DNA of 64,000 bases from positions 32,001-96,000 of the IMG/VR virus record IMGVR_UViG_3300047994_000617; one strand, written 5' to 3'. Below the pieces are notes generated by a model. It made no database searches, was not told where the DNA came from, and saw only the letters and a program-made list of their open reading frames with translations. Shown in pieces: positions 28,305 to 37,408 of this stretch. How positions within the stretch are numbered: the stretch's first letter is position 1; every line of letters begins with the position of its first letter. The translations under genes and the position numbers were made by a program. The DNA is from a virus.

Positions 28305-29627
28305 ATGGACGCACAGCAGGTTCTCAGTGAAGTGAAGGGTAAGGTCTCCGCCGCCGCGGCGCGGGAGGCCGCCGGGATGGAGGCTGGCGAAGCGGCGGGT
28401 GACACCGCCGGCGTGGACACGGCCCTGGCCGAGGCCGGCGCGGCCGCGGAGGCGCCCGCCGTGATCGTGACGGCGCCGTCGATCGAAGCCGGCATCGAGC
28501 ACCTCAAGCGCGAGGGCGCCCTCAACGTGGAGACCCTGGTGGGCCTCACGCACCACGCGGCGCGGGTCCAGGGCAAACACAGCCATCGGCATGGCTTCCG
28601 CCAGGGCCTGAACCACCACCGCAGGGTCCGGGGAGCGTTCATGCGGCCCCACGACTTCCCGGTGCCGTACGGCCGGAGCGAGGACATGAAGGGGTTCCGG
28701 TACGACGTCATCCAGCGCTTCGCCGAGGGGAACGGCGGCAAGGTGGTGTCGCAGGCGGGCGAATACTACGGGACCTTCCAGACCGCCTTCACCGTTTCGT
28801 CCTTCGGCGGATCGAGCCCGACGAGCGGTCTCTTCTCGATCGTGGTCCCGCCCACGCCGGCGAGCAGCACCTACTACGTCAACCCCCCCGCCGACACCTG
28901 CTTCGACTTCAGCATCGGGGAGTCGGACCCGAACTGGTTCGGGGGGCCACACACGATGACCCTCGCGGACACGAACCTGCAATACCCCGGCCAGGGCCTC
29001 TACCAGAAGGAGGTCTTCATCATCGAGGCGTGGGAGGCCCGCTTCAAGGGGCTCCGGATTCAGTTCGACACCACGAAGATCCCGGGCTTCTCGGCCCTCC
29101 CGCTGCCCATCCAGGCCATGCTGCAGGGGCAGGCATGCATCTGGGATCGCGAGAACCTGGTGCTGCCCTCGGGCATCTTCAACAAGCTCACCGACGTCTG
29201 CGAGCTCGCGCAGGCGCTGGCGGAGGTCGCCAGCATCCAGCTCGAGTGGGTCAACCTCGGGCCCGGGTCGAACAACGTCGTCGCCACGAAGCCTCTCGGG
29301 CGCATGTGCGGCAACCCCTCGACCTACCGCCGGAGCGTCGTGGAAACGAGCGGCGGCGGTCTCGCGCTCGACCTCCCCCGCGGCTACATCTGGTGCCAGG
29401 ACGAGACGTTCCAGCCCAACGAGGACAGCGGCGGCAATGGCTTGCTCTACGGGCAGCTCCTCCTGAACGACAACGTGGACTGGCCGTTCCCGGCGCTCGC
29501 GTCGGTCTACGGGTCGGGCCCCATCGTGCCGACGGGGATCGCCCTGGAGTGGCAGTTCAAGGTCTACGGCACCGCGCTCCTGCCCTCGAAGGCGGACCGG
29601 CGCCTGAACGTCCAGCGCCGAAGCTAG
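28305..29627 (+). CDS. Candidate major capsid protein (beta-rich, jelly-roll-like) with acidic N-terminal propeptide and His/Arg-rich arm
   Basis: ~300-aa aromatic, strand-rich domain (TLADTNLQYPGQG..EVFIIEAW, LEWQFKVYG); flanked by hairpins; follows the membrane genes. Fold is inferred. Confidence 0.5.
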   Translation: MDAQQVLSEVKGKVSAAAAREAAGMEAGEAAGDTAGVDTALAEAGAAAEAPAVIVTAPSIEAGIEHLKREGALNVETLVGLTHHAARVQGKHSHRHGFRQGLNHHRRVRGAFMRPHDFPVPYGRSEDMKGFRYDVIQRFAEGNGGKVVSQAGEYYGTFQTAFTVSSFGGSSPTSGLFSIVVPPTPASSTYYVNPPADTCFDFSIGESDPNWFGGPHTMTLADTNLQYPGQGLYQKEVFIIEAWEARFKGLRIQFDTTKIPGFSALPLPIQAMLQGQACIWDRENLVLPSGIFNKLTDVCELAQALAEVASIQLEWVNLGPGSNNVVATKPLGRMCGNPSTYRRSVVETSGGGLALDLPRGYIWCQDETFQPNEDSGGNGLLYGQLLLNDNVDWPFPALASVYGSGPIVPTGIALEWQFKVYGTALLPSKADRRLNVQRRS

Positions 29628-29643
29628 AGCGCCGGAGGAGCAA

Positions 29644-29669
29644 GCCCCGCGCCGGCGACGGCGCGGGGC
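29644..29669 (+). terminator. 11-bp stem with GCGA tetraloop after the capsid candidate (terminator or mRNA stabiliser)
   Basis: gccccgcgccg-gcga-cggcgcggggc; no immediate U tract. Confidence 0.5.
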
Positions 29670-29703
29670 GCAGCGGCTCAACCTTTCGAGGAGTCGACCA
29701 AAA

Positions 29704-30288
29704 GTGCCCGTCCCGCTCCTCCCCGCCAACGTCAACGCCCAGAAGATCGATCCTCGGGAGCGCGATCCGAGGAAGAACGTGCTGGAGATCGCTCTCCCCT
29801 CGCCTGGCATCCGGCGGGCGTACATCGTCCTCCAGACCGGCACGATCACGGACGAGGAGTGGAATCGGATCTGGTGGACGCTTCAGGCCGACGTGATGCT
29901 TGCGGAGACCTTCGACGGCCTCGACCACATCTCCCTCCTGCCAGGCCTGCTGGAGATCGCGCCGCTCACGACCACCGTCGCTCACGTGGCCACGGCATAC
30001 TGGGTGGAGGGTTTGCCCGCGACGAGTATCCGCGTGCGCGTGTCGAGCTACGGAGAGCAGCCCTCGGGCTATGCGCAGGTCTACGGCTGGGGCGACACGA
30101 CCCCGCACGACAAGTCGGGGCTCTGGCCGGCGCCCTATGGGCACGTCCGTCAGCCGCGACGCATCGTCGCGCCACTGCCCGATCCCGAGCAGACCCTCGG
30201 CGAGACGTCGCTCGTCGATTTCCTCATGTTCACCGACCGGATCGGCGCGCCGCCGCGCGAACCGCAGGTGAAGCTGCACAAACGTTAA
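29704..30288 (+). CDS. Hypothetical beta-rich protein in the structural operon
   Basis: ORF with typical codon pattern; RBS GAGGAG. Confidence 0.6.
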   Translation: MPVPLLPANVNAQKIDPRERDPRKNVLEIALPSPGIRRAYIVLQTGTITDEEWNRIWWTLQADVMLAETFDGLDHISLLPGLLEIAPLTTTVAHVATAYWVEGLPATSIRVRVSSYGEQPSGYAQVYGWGDTTPHDKSGLWPAPYGHVRQPRRIVAPLPDPEQTLGETSLVDFLMFTDRIGAPPREPQVKLHKR

Positions 30289-30313
30289 CGGCCCCAGGCC
30301 AAGGATTTTTGCC

Positions 30314-30757
30314 ATGTCCGCTGTTGCCCCCAGCCTCATCCTGCCCGTACAAGTCATCAGCCCCGTCCCGTGGACGGGGAACATGCAAGCCGTCGTCACC
30401 GTCAACTGCCTCGACGGCGATACCGGCCAGACGGCCTCCCGCGCGAGCGCCTGGATCCAAGTGCCACCGGGCATGATCCCCCAGCTCTCGCTCGGCCTCA
30501 GCGCGGAGACCGGTACCTTCGGGTGCTACCTCGAGACCTGCAACCAGGTCGTCGCCGGCGCCGCCGTCGACACCCCCCGCCCCATCGGCTACTTCAAGCA
30601 GACCCCCGGGGCCGCGCTGCCGACCTCCACGCCGATGTCGGGAGGCCAGCCCACCGACAACTGGGTCCGCGTCCAGAGTCAGGTCGGCAACGGCGGCAGC
30701 GTCGCATGGCTGGTGAGCGGTCGCTTCATCGCCGCGTCGTACGCGCAGCAGCTCTGA
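30314..30757 (+). CDS. Small all-beta putative minor capsid or vertex protein
   Basis: 147 aa, strand-like pattern, RBS AAGGA. Confidence 0.5.
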   Translation: MSAVAPSLILPVQVISPVPWTGNMQAVVTVNCLDGDTGQTASRASAWIQVPPGMIPQLSLGLSAETGTFGCYLETCNQVVAGAAVDTPRPIGYFKQTPGAALPTSTPMSGGQPTDNWVRVQSQVGNGGSVAWLVSGRFIAASYAQQL

Positions 30758-30769
30758 TCTCGAGGTCGA

Positions 30770-33700
30770 GTGGCCCTCTTGCTGATCCAGGCGGGGACTG
30801 GCGGCGCGCTCTGCGTCTACGCCAGCCCCTTGCCTGACGTCAGCCCGGGCCACCCGGACACCACCACCGCGCCCGGCATGCCCGGGCCGACCAAGGCCGC
30901 CCTCGGCCCCGTCCCCTGCATCGTCGGCGTCAACGCCCGGGGCTCCGAGACCCCGGAAGAGATCCTCGCCTTCGCCACGGCGAAGACGGGCCGGGAGCTC
31001 TGGTGGGGTGCGCTGATCGGCGTCTCCCGGGGCTGCCAGAGGGTCCGCGACCTGTGGATCGCCGGCGCTGGGGCCCTCGCCCTGGTCCTCATCGACGGCA
31101 TGGCTGGCGTGAAGCCGCCCACCGAGATGCAGAAGGGCTTCACCCAAACCATCGTCGCCCTCGCGCGGTCCGGCGCGATCCTTTTGGTCGTCAGCCACAC
31201 GTACATCGACCAGGGCAAGGCGATCACCTCGACCGCCGAGATGGCGCGGACCGCCACGGGGTGGTCGCTGCCCCCTCCGCCCGTCGGGGAGACCGTGCGC
31301 CGGGTCCAGATGCCCGCCGGCGAGACGCCAGCCCCTCCCGGCTGGCGCGGGGGCCTGGTGGTCTTCTCGACGGGCTCGGGCCCGGCCGATGGCGGCGCCC
31401 ACCGCGACCAGATGGGCAAGCTGCTCCCGCTCATCCTCGAGGATCGGGTGCGGCCCCTGGTGAGCCTGGCGGAGCGGCCCGAGGTGGTCGCCTCCGCGGT
31501 GCCGGCGAGCTCGCCGGAGCCGGAGGCCGAGACGGGGCCGTGGAGTCGCCTGGGCGCCTTGCCGGCGCATGGATCTACGGCTGCACCTACCGCTGCACCA
31601 ACCGCTGCACCAACCGCTGCACCAGGGCGCACGACCGCAGACGGGGCGCGGCGCTACCTCTTGATCGGCGACTCGTTCGCCCAGGGCTTCGGGCCGCCCC
31701 TCGCCGAGCTGGCCGGGAAGCGGCGCCTCGCCTTCCGGGGGGTCGGCATCAAGTCGACCACGATGGGCGACTGGCTCACGGGCGGGCGCGGGGCGGACCT
31801 CCGCGGCGCCGTCGAGGCCGCCGACCCAACGGTCACGATCGTGTCGCTCGGTGCGAACGACATGGCCGGAGGCGATGCAGCGGGCCGCCGGGCCGGGGAC
31901 GTTATCGACACCCTCCGCCGCAACGGCTCGGCCGCAGTGCTCTGGGTGGCGCCGCCGAAGATGCCCACCGAGAGCGCCCCCTTCCGCACCGCCCTCGCCG
32001 AGGCGTGCAGAGTCCGCGACGTCCGGGTCTTCGACACCATGACCGAGCTCCCGCGTCTCGAACGCCGGCAGGGAGACTTCCATCCCACGCCACCGGCCTA
32101 CCAGGCCTGGGCACGCGCCATCGCCGACTGGGTGCCCTTCGCCGACCCCGCCGCAGTACCCGATGCCCGGTCCGCTGAGCCCAGGTCTCCAGGTCCGGCG
32201 CCCGCTCCACCGCCGGCGCCGGCGCTCGTCACGCTCCTCACGCAGATCGACGCGCGGTGGCCGAACCGGAGCCGCGCAGCCGATGGGATCGCGCCCTCCG
32301 AGGCCCACCACAAGGCGAATCCCAAGAGCGACCACGAGCTGCGCAATGCGCTCGACATCACCTACGACCCCATGCACGGGCCCGACCTCGAAGCGCTCGC
32401 CGAGGCCGCGCTGGGGGACGACCGGATCGACTACGCGATCTTTCGCCGGCGCATCGCCAACCCGGCGAAGGAGTCCGGGGCGTGGCGGCCGTACACCGGC
32501 ACGAGCCCACACGAGGACCACCTCCACATCTCCATCCTCGCCGACCACCGGGACCACGCCGAGCCGTGGGACCTTGCGGGGGTGGGCGATGCCGCCGCTT
32601 CCCGGGCGCCGGCGGGACCGGCAGAGCGCCTCCCCGGCACCGCGCTGCCCTTGCCGCGCCCCCTGGGGCCGGGCGAGGGCCGGGCGACCGCTGACCCGTC
32701 CTTGCTGCTCGGCGAGCGCGCGGCGGACTTCGCGCTCGACGAGCAGCGTTCCAGGCCGACCGCGGCGCGGATCGAGAGCTACCGGCGGGGGACCAGCAAA
32801 GCCGGGGAGCCGTGGGATGCCGCCGCGTTCGCGTTCAGCGCGGCGTCCGTGCTCCAGCCCGGCGAGCGCCTTCCGCACCCGGGCACGTCCCGTGTGAGCG
32901 TCCTCGTCGGCGGCGGGGGCTTCCGGCCCCGAGGAGCCGGGTACACGCCCCGGGCCGGCGACGGCGCCATCTTCGCCTACCGCGGCGACCCTCGCGCTGG
33001 CGGCCAGGGCCGCGTGGGGCGGGTGACGGTGCCCCCCGGTGAAGACGGGCGCTTCGAGACGATCGAGGGCGACGTCAACGGGGCCTGGGGCCAGCGCGAG
33101 CACCGCCTCGACGAGCCGGCCTTGCTGGGCTGGATCGCGTACCCGATCGCCGAAGCCGTCAAGCCCGCGGTCCTCCCGGACTCGATCGTCGTCGAGGACA
33201 TGGGGCGCCTCCCCCTCGAGGAGTACGTCGCCCGCGTGGTCACGGGGGAGCTCGGGGAGAGCTGGCGCCAGCCCCAGGCCCTGGCGGCGCTGGCGATGGC
33301 CGCGCGCACCTACGCGGTCTACATGATGCGGCACGGGGGCTGGGGCACTGAGCAGAAGCCGATCCCCAATTCGACCAACTTCCAGGTCGTCCAGGGCGCG
33401 CCGACGGCGCTCGCGACCCAGGCCGCGCAGGCGACCCGCGGCGGGCTGATCTACTACAAGCACCAGCCCATCCTCGCTTTCCACAACGCGGGCGCGATCT
33501 GGCCGAGGAACGCGCGCACCGGCGCTGGCGGGCGCGACGACTCCCGCACCGAGAAGAACATCACCTACAACGGTGGGCGCTCGGGCCGAAACGTGAAGCC
33601 CGCGCCCATCGGGACGCACGCCGTCGAGGGCAACCGCGGGTGCCTCTCCCAGAACGGTGCCGACGAGCTCGCCCGCCAGGGTCTCACGTGGCCCGAGATC

Positions 33701-33889
33701 CTCCGGTACTTCTACGGCGAGGACGTCGAGTTTTCGATCCCCGAGCCGGCGGGCCGGCGGGCGCCTCGACCAGGCCCTCGTCCTCGTCCCGCCCCAAGAC
33801 CCTCCGACGAGGGATCGGGCGCGGGCGCGGGCGCGCTGATCGCTGGGCTCGGCGCCGCCGCCGTGATCGCCGCCATCGCGAGAGGATGA
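30770..33889 (+). CDS. Membrane-anchored multidomain cell-wall hydrolase: SGNH esterase, Zn-peptidase-like domain, degenerate CHAP, SpoIID/LytB domain
   Basis: LLIGDS/SLGAND/DFHP; SDHELRNALDIT..PHEDHLHIS; EPWDAAAF/GRVGRV/TIEGD; LEEYVARVVTGE..ALAALAMAARTYA..CLSQNGA..EILRYFYG; C-terminal TM. Confidence 0.8.
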   Translation: MALLLIQAGTGGALCVYASPLPDVSPGHPDTTTAPGMPGPTKAALGPVPCIVGVNARGSETPEEILAFATAKTGRELWWGALIGVSRGCQRVRDLWIAGAGALALVLIDGMAGVKPPTEMQKGFTQTIVALARSGAILLVVSHTYIDQGKAITSTAEMARTATGWSLPPPPVGETVRRVQMPAGETPAPPGWRGGLVVFSTGSGPADGGAHRDQMGKLLPLILEDRVRPLVSLAERPEVVASAVPASSPEPEAETGPWSRLGALPAHGSTAAPTAAPTAAPTAAPGRTTADGARRYLLIGDSFAQGFGPPLAELAGKRRLAFRGVGIKSTTMGDWLTGGRGADLRGAVEAADPTVTIVSLGANDMAGGDAAGRRAGDVIDTLRRNGSAAVLWVAPPKMPTESAPFRTALAEACRVRDVRVFDTMTELPRLERRQGDFHPTPPAYQAWARAIADWVPFADPAAVPDARSAEPRSPGPAPAPPPAPALVTLLTQIDARWPNRSRAADGIAPSEAHHKANPKSDHELRNALDITYDPMHGPDLEALAEAALGDDRIDYAIFRRRIANPAKESGAWRPYTGTSPHEDHLHISILADHRDHAEPWDLAGVGDAAASRAPAGPAERLPGTALPLPRPLGPGEGRATADPSLLLGERAADFALDEQRSRPTAARIESYRRGTSKAGEPWDAAAFAFSAASVLQPGERLPHPGTSRVSVLVGGGGFRPRGAGYTPRAGDGAIFAYRGDPRAGGQGRVGRVTVPPGEDGRFETIEGDVNGAWGQREHRLDEPALLGWIAYPIAEAVKPAVLPDSIVVEDMGRLPLEEYVARVVTGELGESWRQPQALAALAMAARTYAVYMMRHGGWGTEQKPIPNSTNFQVVQGAPTALATQAAQATRGGLIYYKHQPILAFHNAGAIWPRNARTGAGGRDDSRTEKNITYNGGRSGRNVKPAPIGTHAVEGNRGCLSQNGADELARQGLTWPEILRYFYGEDVEFSIPEPAGRRAPRPGPRPRPAPRPSDEGSGAGAGALIAGLGAAAVIAAIARG

Positions 33890-33891
33890 CC

Positions 33892-34557
33892 ATGACGAAG
33901 AGAGCCGCTTCTGCCGCCACCTCCAAGCCCCTGCATGCCGAGCTCGCGAAGCTTTGGGCGAGGCGGGATGGATCCGTCGTCCTCTGGCAGGCGACGGCAC
34001 CAGCCGGCCCCGAGGCCCTGATCTATCCCGACGAGATCCTGGCGGTCGCCGCGCCGGGCTGCGCGGTCCGCCGCGGCCCGGCGTCGCTCGTGGCGAACGG
34101 GGCACCTATCGCGGCGGCCGTGGCGACGATCTTGGGCACCGGAGGGACGTTGCCCACGAGGCAGACTCTCCCGCGCCACTACCGCGAGCTTCGGAGCGGC
34201 CCCGGCATGGACTACCCGGCCGAGATCGTGGTGGGCGAGAAAGCGTACGTCCCCGGGCGCGCGTGGAACGTGCGCGTGCACGGGACGTTCGAGAAGTTCG
34301 TGAAACAGGCGTCGCCGGCCGATCTGATCGCGGACCTGGCAGGGATGGGCGTCGAGCTTCACTCGTTGATGACCGCGCACAGCGGGGGCGTGCCCCTGGT
34401 GGTCGCCAACGCGGACGCGCGCCGACGGGTCGTCAACGTCGGCAAGGCCATCGAGCAGATCGGACGCGCGCTGCCAGCAGCCGTCTCTCGGGCAGCGAAG
34501 GCGGACGCCATGGCGCTCTCGTCGCGGACGAAGCGCAAGAAGGGGTCGGGACGATGA
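33892..34557 (+). CDS. Hypothetical basic protein
   Basis: RBS AGAGGA; ATGA coupling to the next gene; alternative start 33886. Confidence 0.6.
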   Translation: MTKRAASAATSKPLHAELAKLWARRDGSVVLWQATAPAGPEALIYPDEILAVAAPGCAVRRGPASLVANGAPIAAAVATILGTGGTLPTRQTLPRHYRELRSGPGMDYPAEIVVGEKAYVPGRAWNVRVHGTFEKFVKQASPADLIADLAGMGVELHSLMTAHSGGVPLVVANADARRRVVNVGKAIEQIGRALPAAVSRAAKADAMALSSRTKRKKGSGR

Positions 34558-35798
34558 CCACGACGAGCAGCTCCGCCTCCATCGCCAAGCCCCGGCGCCC
34601 GGAGCTCGTTGCCCGCTACGAGAGAGGCGGCCGCAAGGCGGTCTACTACCGCAGCAATGACGGGATCGAGGCCGTGGTGGCGGGCGGGACCATCACCGCC
34701 TGCAAGGGGCGCGGGAAGGTCAAGGAAGGGCCCGCGAGCGTCCTCCGCGGCAAGAGTGCCGTCGGCCTGGGCGACGCCGCGCGGATGCTGCTTGAGGGCC
34801 CAGGCGGCACGCCGATCGGGACCAAGGGCCTGGTCACGGTCTTCGTCGCCTACACCCACGCCGGCGGCGTCTGCTGCTGGTCCCGGGAGCGAGACGTTGC
34901 GGCGGCGTCGGCGAAGAGGCGCCAGGGGTTCGTCAGGGCCTTCATGGTGCCGGCGTTCCGCGACACCGACGGTCCCCAGGGGATCCCCGAGCACGTCGCG
35001 CCGCCGTGGCGAACGTCGGATCATCCGCGCGGAGGCACGACCGAGATCCAGAGCGTCCTCCTGCCCAAGGCGAAGTTCCCGACCCAGGCGGACGCCGCGC
35101 TCTGGCTCGTCGCGCAGAAGAAGCCCTTCCGCGCGGACCGCATCGAGGACTCGGGGAGGGTCAAGGCCGGCAACTACTGGAGCGCGCGACAGCACGATCC
35201 TCGCCGGGGCGTGCGCTACGCGACGATCCCCTTCGGTCAGTCGGGGATCCTGGCGCGGATCGAGGCGAAGGGAACGCCGAAGCAGGCGGCGGACGGCGAC
35301 CGCGAGGCCATGCTGGCCCGCCCGCGCGCCAGCAAGGGGACCTCCAAGGCCAGGCCGGGCCCCGTGGTCCTGGTGGGCAGCTCCAAGACCCAGCTTGACA
35401 CCGGCGCCCCCGTGCCGGCCTCCAAGCGCTACACGTCGGCGCTCTTCGTCGATTCGCTCGCCTACGCCAGGAAGCTCACGCTGGGGGGTGGCACCGTCCG
35501 GATCCTCTCCGGCAAGCACGGGCTCCTGAAGCCCACCACGAAGGTCAAGCCCCACGACGAGACGCTGGCGGAGATGTCCGCCGCCGAGCGCCGGGCCTGG
35601 GGGCGGCGGGTGCTCCGCCAGCTCCTCGCCGAGTTCGGCTCGGGGCCGCGGACGTTCATCTGCCTCGCCGGCGATACCTACGCCAAGACCATCTACGCCG
35701 CGGGACCTCCCGCTACGTGGGACTGCAAGGAACCCCTCAAGGGCGAGGCCAATGGCGTGCGGTTGACGCACGTCCGGCGGCTCCTCGCCGCACGCTGA
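34554..35798 (+). CDS. Basic multidomain protein with a Tlr6F-like middle domain and DUF6884-like C-terminal domain
   Basis: IQSVLLPK..F....A..WL....NYWSARQHDP....Y.T....GI; VVLVGSSK..PASKRYTSALF..ILSGKHGLL..PHDETL. Family names are from recall of motifs. Confidence 0.55.
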   Translation: MTTTSSSASIAKPRRPELVARYERGGRKAVYYRSNDGIEAVVAGGTITACKGRGKVKEGPASVLRGKSAVGLGDAARMLLEGPGGTPIGTKGLVTVFVAYTHAGGVCCWSRERDVAAASAKRRQGFVRAFMVPAFRDTDGPQGIPEHVAPPWRTSDHPRGGTTEIQSVLLPKAKFPTQADAALWLVAQKKPFRADRIEDSGRVKAGNYWSARQHDPRRGVRYATIPFGQSGILARIEAKGTPKQAADGDREAMLARPRASKGTSKARPGPVVLVGSSKTQLDTGAPVPASKRYTSALFVDSLAYARKLTLGGGTVRILSGKHGLLKPTTKVKPHDETLAEMSAAERRAWGRRVLRQLLAEFGSGPRTFICLAGDTYAKTIYAAGPPATWDCKEPLKGEANGVRLTHVRRLLAAR

Positions 35799-35821
35799 TC
35801 GCAGAGAAAAAGGAGACCCCC

Positions 35822-37393
35822 ATGGCTGCTGTGACCGTCGCCGTTCCCGATCCTCCTGGCCCCGATCCGTACCCCCCGCAGTACGGAGCGTGGCAGGACT
35901 GCTCTGGGGTCGGCCCGAACCCCCTGGCCGAGCTCGCCGAGGCGGCCGCCGCCGGAGACCAGGTGCGCCTCGAGACGGCAGCGACTGCGGCGATCACCGG
36001 GGCCGGCGCTCGCGTGACCTACGTCTGCAACGTCGCTGGGGCCGACACGGCGCCGGCGTCCATCTCCATTCCGATCGCTCAGGTCCGCGCCGTGCGCCTC
36101 AAGGGGCAGACGACGGGCCTCCAGGCGACGGTGGCTCCCACCAATGCCGCCGGGGGCTCCGGGTCGGGGAGCCCCGCGAACGCCTGGGCACGGGGGGGCA
36201 ACGCCTTCGGCACGGGCACCAGCTACTTCGGCACCACCGATGGCGGCGACGTCCTGGTGGGCGTGGCGGCGGGCCTCGCCAACGTCTGGCTCACCGCGGA
36301 CGGGGTAAACCTCACCCTCACGGCGCCGTCGGGCGCCCTCACGCTGACCGCGCCCGACGGCGCAATCGCGCTGCGCGCCGGTGGGCTCTCGGTGATCGCT
36401 GCCACATCATCCGGGATCACCGTCGGCAACTTCGGGACGTCGACGACGACGCTATCGGGCGGGACGGGCGGGCTCACGGCCGATACCACGGGCCCCCTCA
36501 CCCTCGGCGCCACGCTCGCGCCGAGCTTCCAACTCGGCAACCTGTCGATCGGCCTCGCGAGTTCGATCGAGGTCGGCGACGCGATCCTGTCGATCGTGGA
36601 CAATTCCGGCGGCCAGATCCACGAAGGCGGAGCCGGCGCCGCGTTCGCGAACATCGCCGATTCGCTGCAACTTCGGACCGTCAACAACGGGCCTGTTGTC
36701 CTCGCTGCCGCCGGCTCGGGCTCCGTCGAAGTCGCTGGGCCTGGGGGCATCAGCCTTAGTCCCTCGGTGGCTGCACCGAACGCTTCCGCCGGCGTCGACA
36801 TGAGCGGCTGGACGACCCTGGGGCTCGGCCTGCCTCAGATCCCGGCCGCGACACTCCTCGCCATCGCGACCCCGCTCGCGGGCCTGACCGCGTTCGACAG
36901 CACCAACTCGATCGTCCGGGTGAACGTCGGGAGCCCGGGCACCCCGAACTACCGCAAGGCCGCGGGCGGGCCGCTGGTCCGCGCCACCAACACGAGCGGG
37001 CAGTCGATCCCCGCCACCACCAGCACGACGATCACCGGCTGGACCGCGGTCACCAACGTCGGCGCTGCGTTCGTCCCGGCGACCGGCATCTTCACGGCCC
37101 CCGTCCTCGGCGACTACTTCGTGTCCGCCGGCAGCCAGTACGTCGCCGGGACCACGATCCTGAACGGCGCCTACCGCGAGTCGGCCCTCCAGAACGCGAG
37201 CGTCGTCGAGACGCGCGAGGTCACCGCGCAGGTGGCCTCGATCAGCGCGGTCTTCTCGCCCTCGTTCTCTACGAAGCTGCCGCTCAGCGCCGGCGACACG
37301 CTGGCCATCCAGACCTACCAGGGAACCGCTGGGGCCCTCGCGCTCTCGGCCAACGCCCCCAACAACAGCCTGGCGATCTCGCTGGACTCCTGA
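35822..37393 (+). CDS. Spike/fibre-like protein 1: shared N-terminal anchor, beta-repeat shaft, C1q-like head
   Basis: RBS AGGAG; NVGAAFVPATGIFTAPVLGDYFVS...LSAGDTLAIQTYQ is a C1q pattern. Confidence 0.7.
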   Translation: MAAVTVAVPDPPGPDPYPPQYGAWQDCSGVGPNPLAELAEAAAAGDQVRLETAATAAITGAGARVTYVCNVAGADTAPASISIPIAQVRAVRLKGQTTGLQATVAPTNAAGGSGSGSPANAWARGGNAFGTGTSYFGTTDGGDVLVGVAAGLANVWLTADGVNLTLTAPSGALTLTAPDGAIALRAGGLSVIAATSSGITVGNFGTSTTTLSGGTGGLTADTTGPLTLGATLAPSFQLGNLSIGLASSIEVGDAILSIVDNSGGQIHEGGAGAAFANIADSLQLRTVNNGPVVLAAAGSGSVEVAGPGGISLSPSVAAPNASAGVDMSGWTTLGLGLPQIPAATLLAIATPLAGLTAFDSTNSIVRVNVGSPGTPNYRKAAGGPLVRATNTSGQSIPATTSTTITGWTAVTNVGAAFVPATGIFTAPVLGDYFVSAGSQYVAGTTILNGAYRESALQNASVVETREVTAQVASISAVFSPSFSTKLPLSAGDTLAIQTYQGTAGALALSANAPNNSLAISLDS

Positions 37394-37408
37394 GCGAACG
37401 GACGACCC

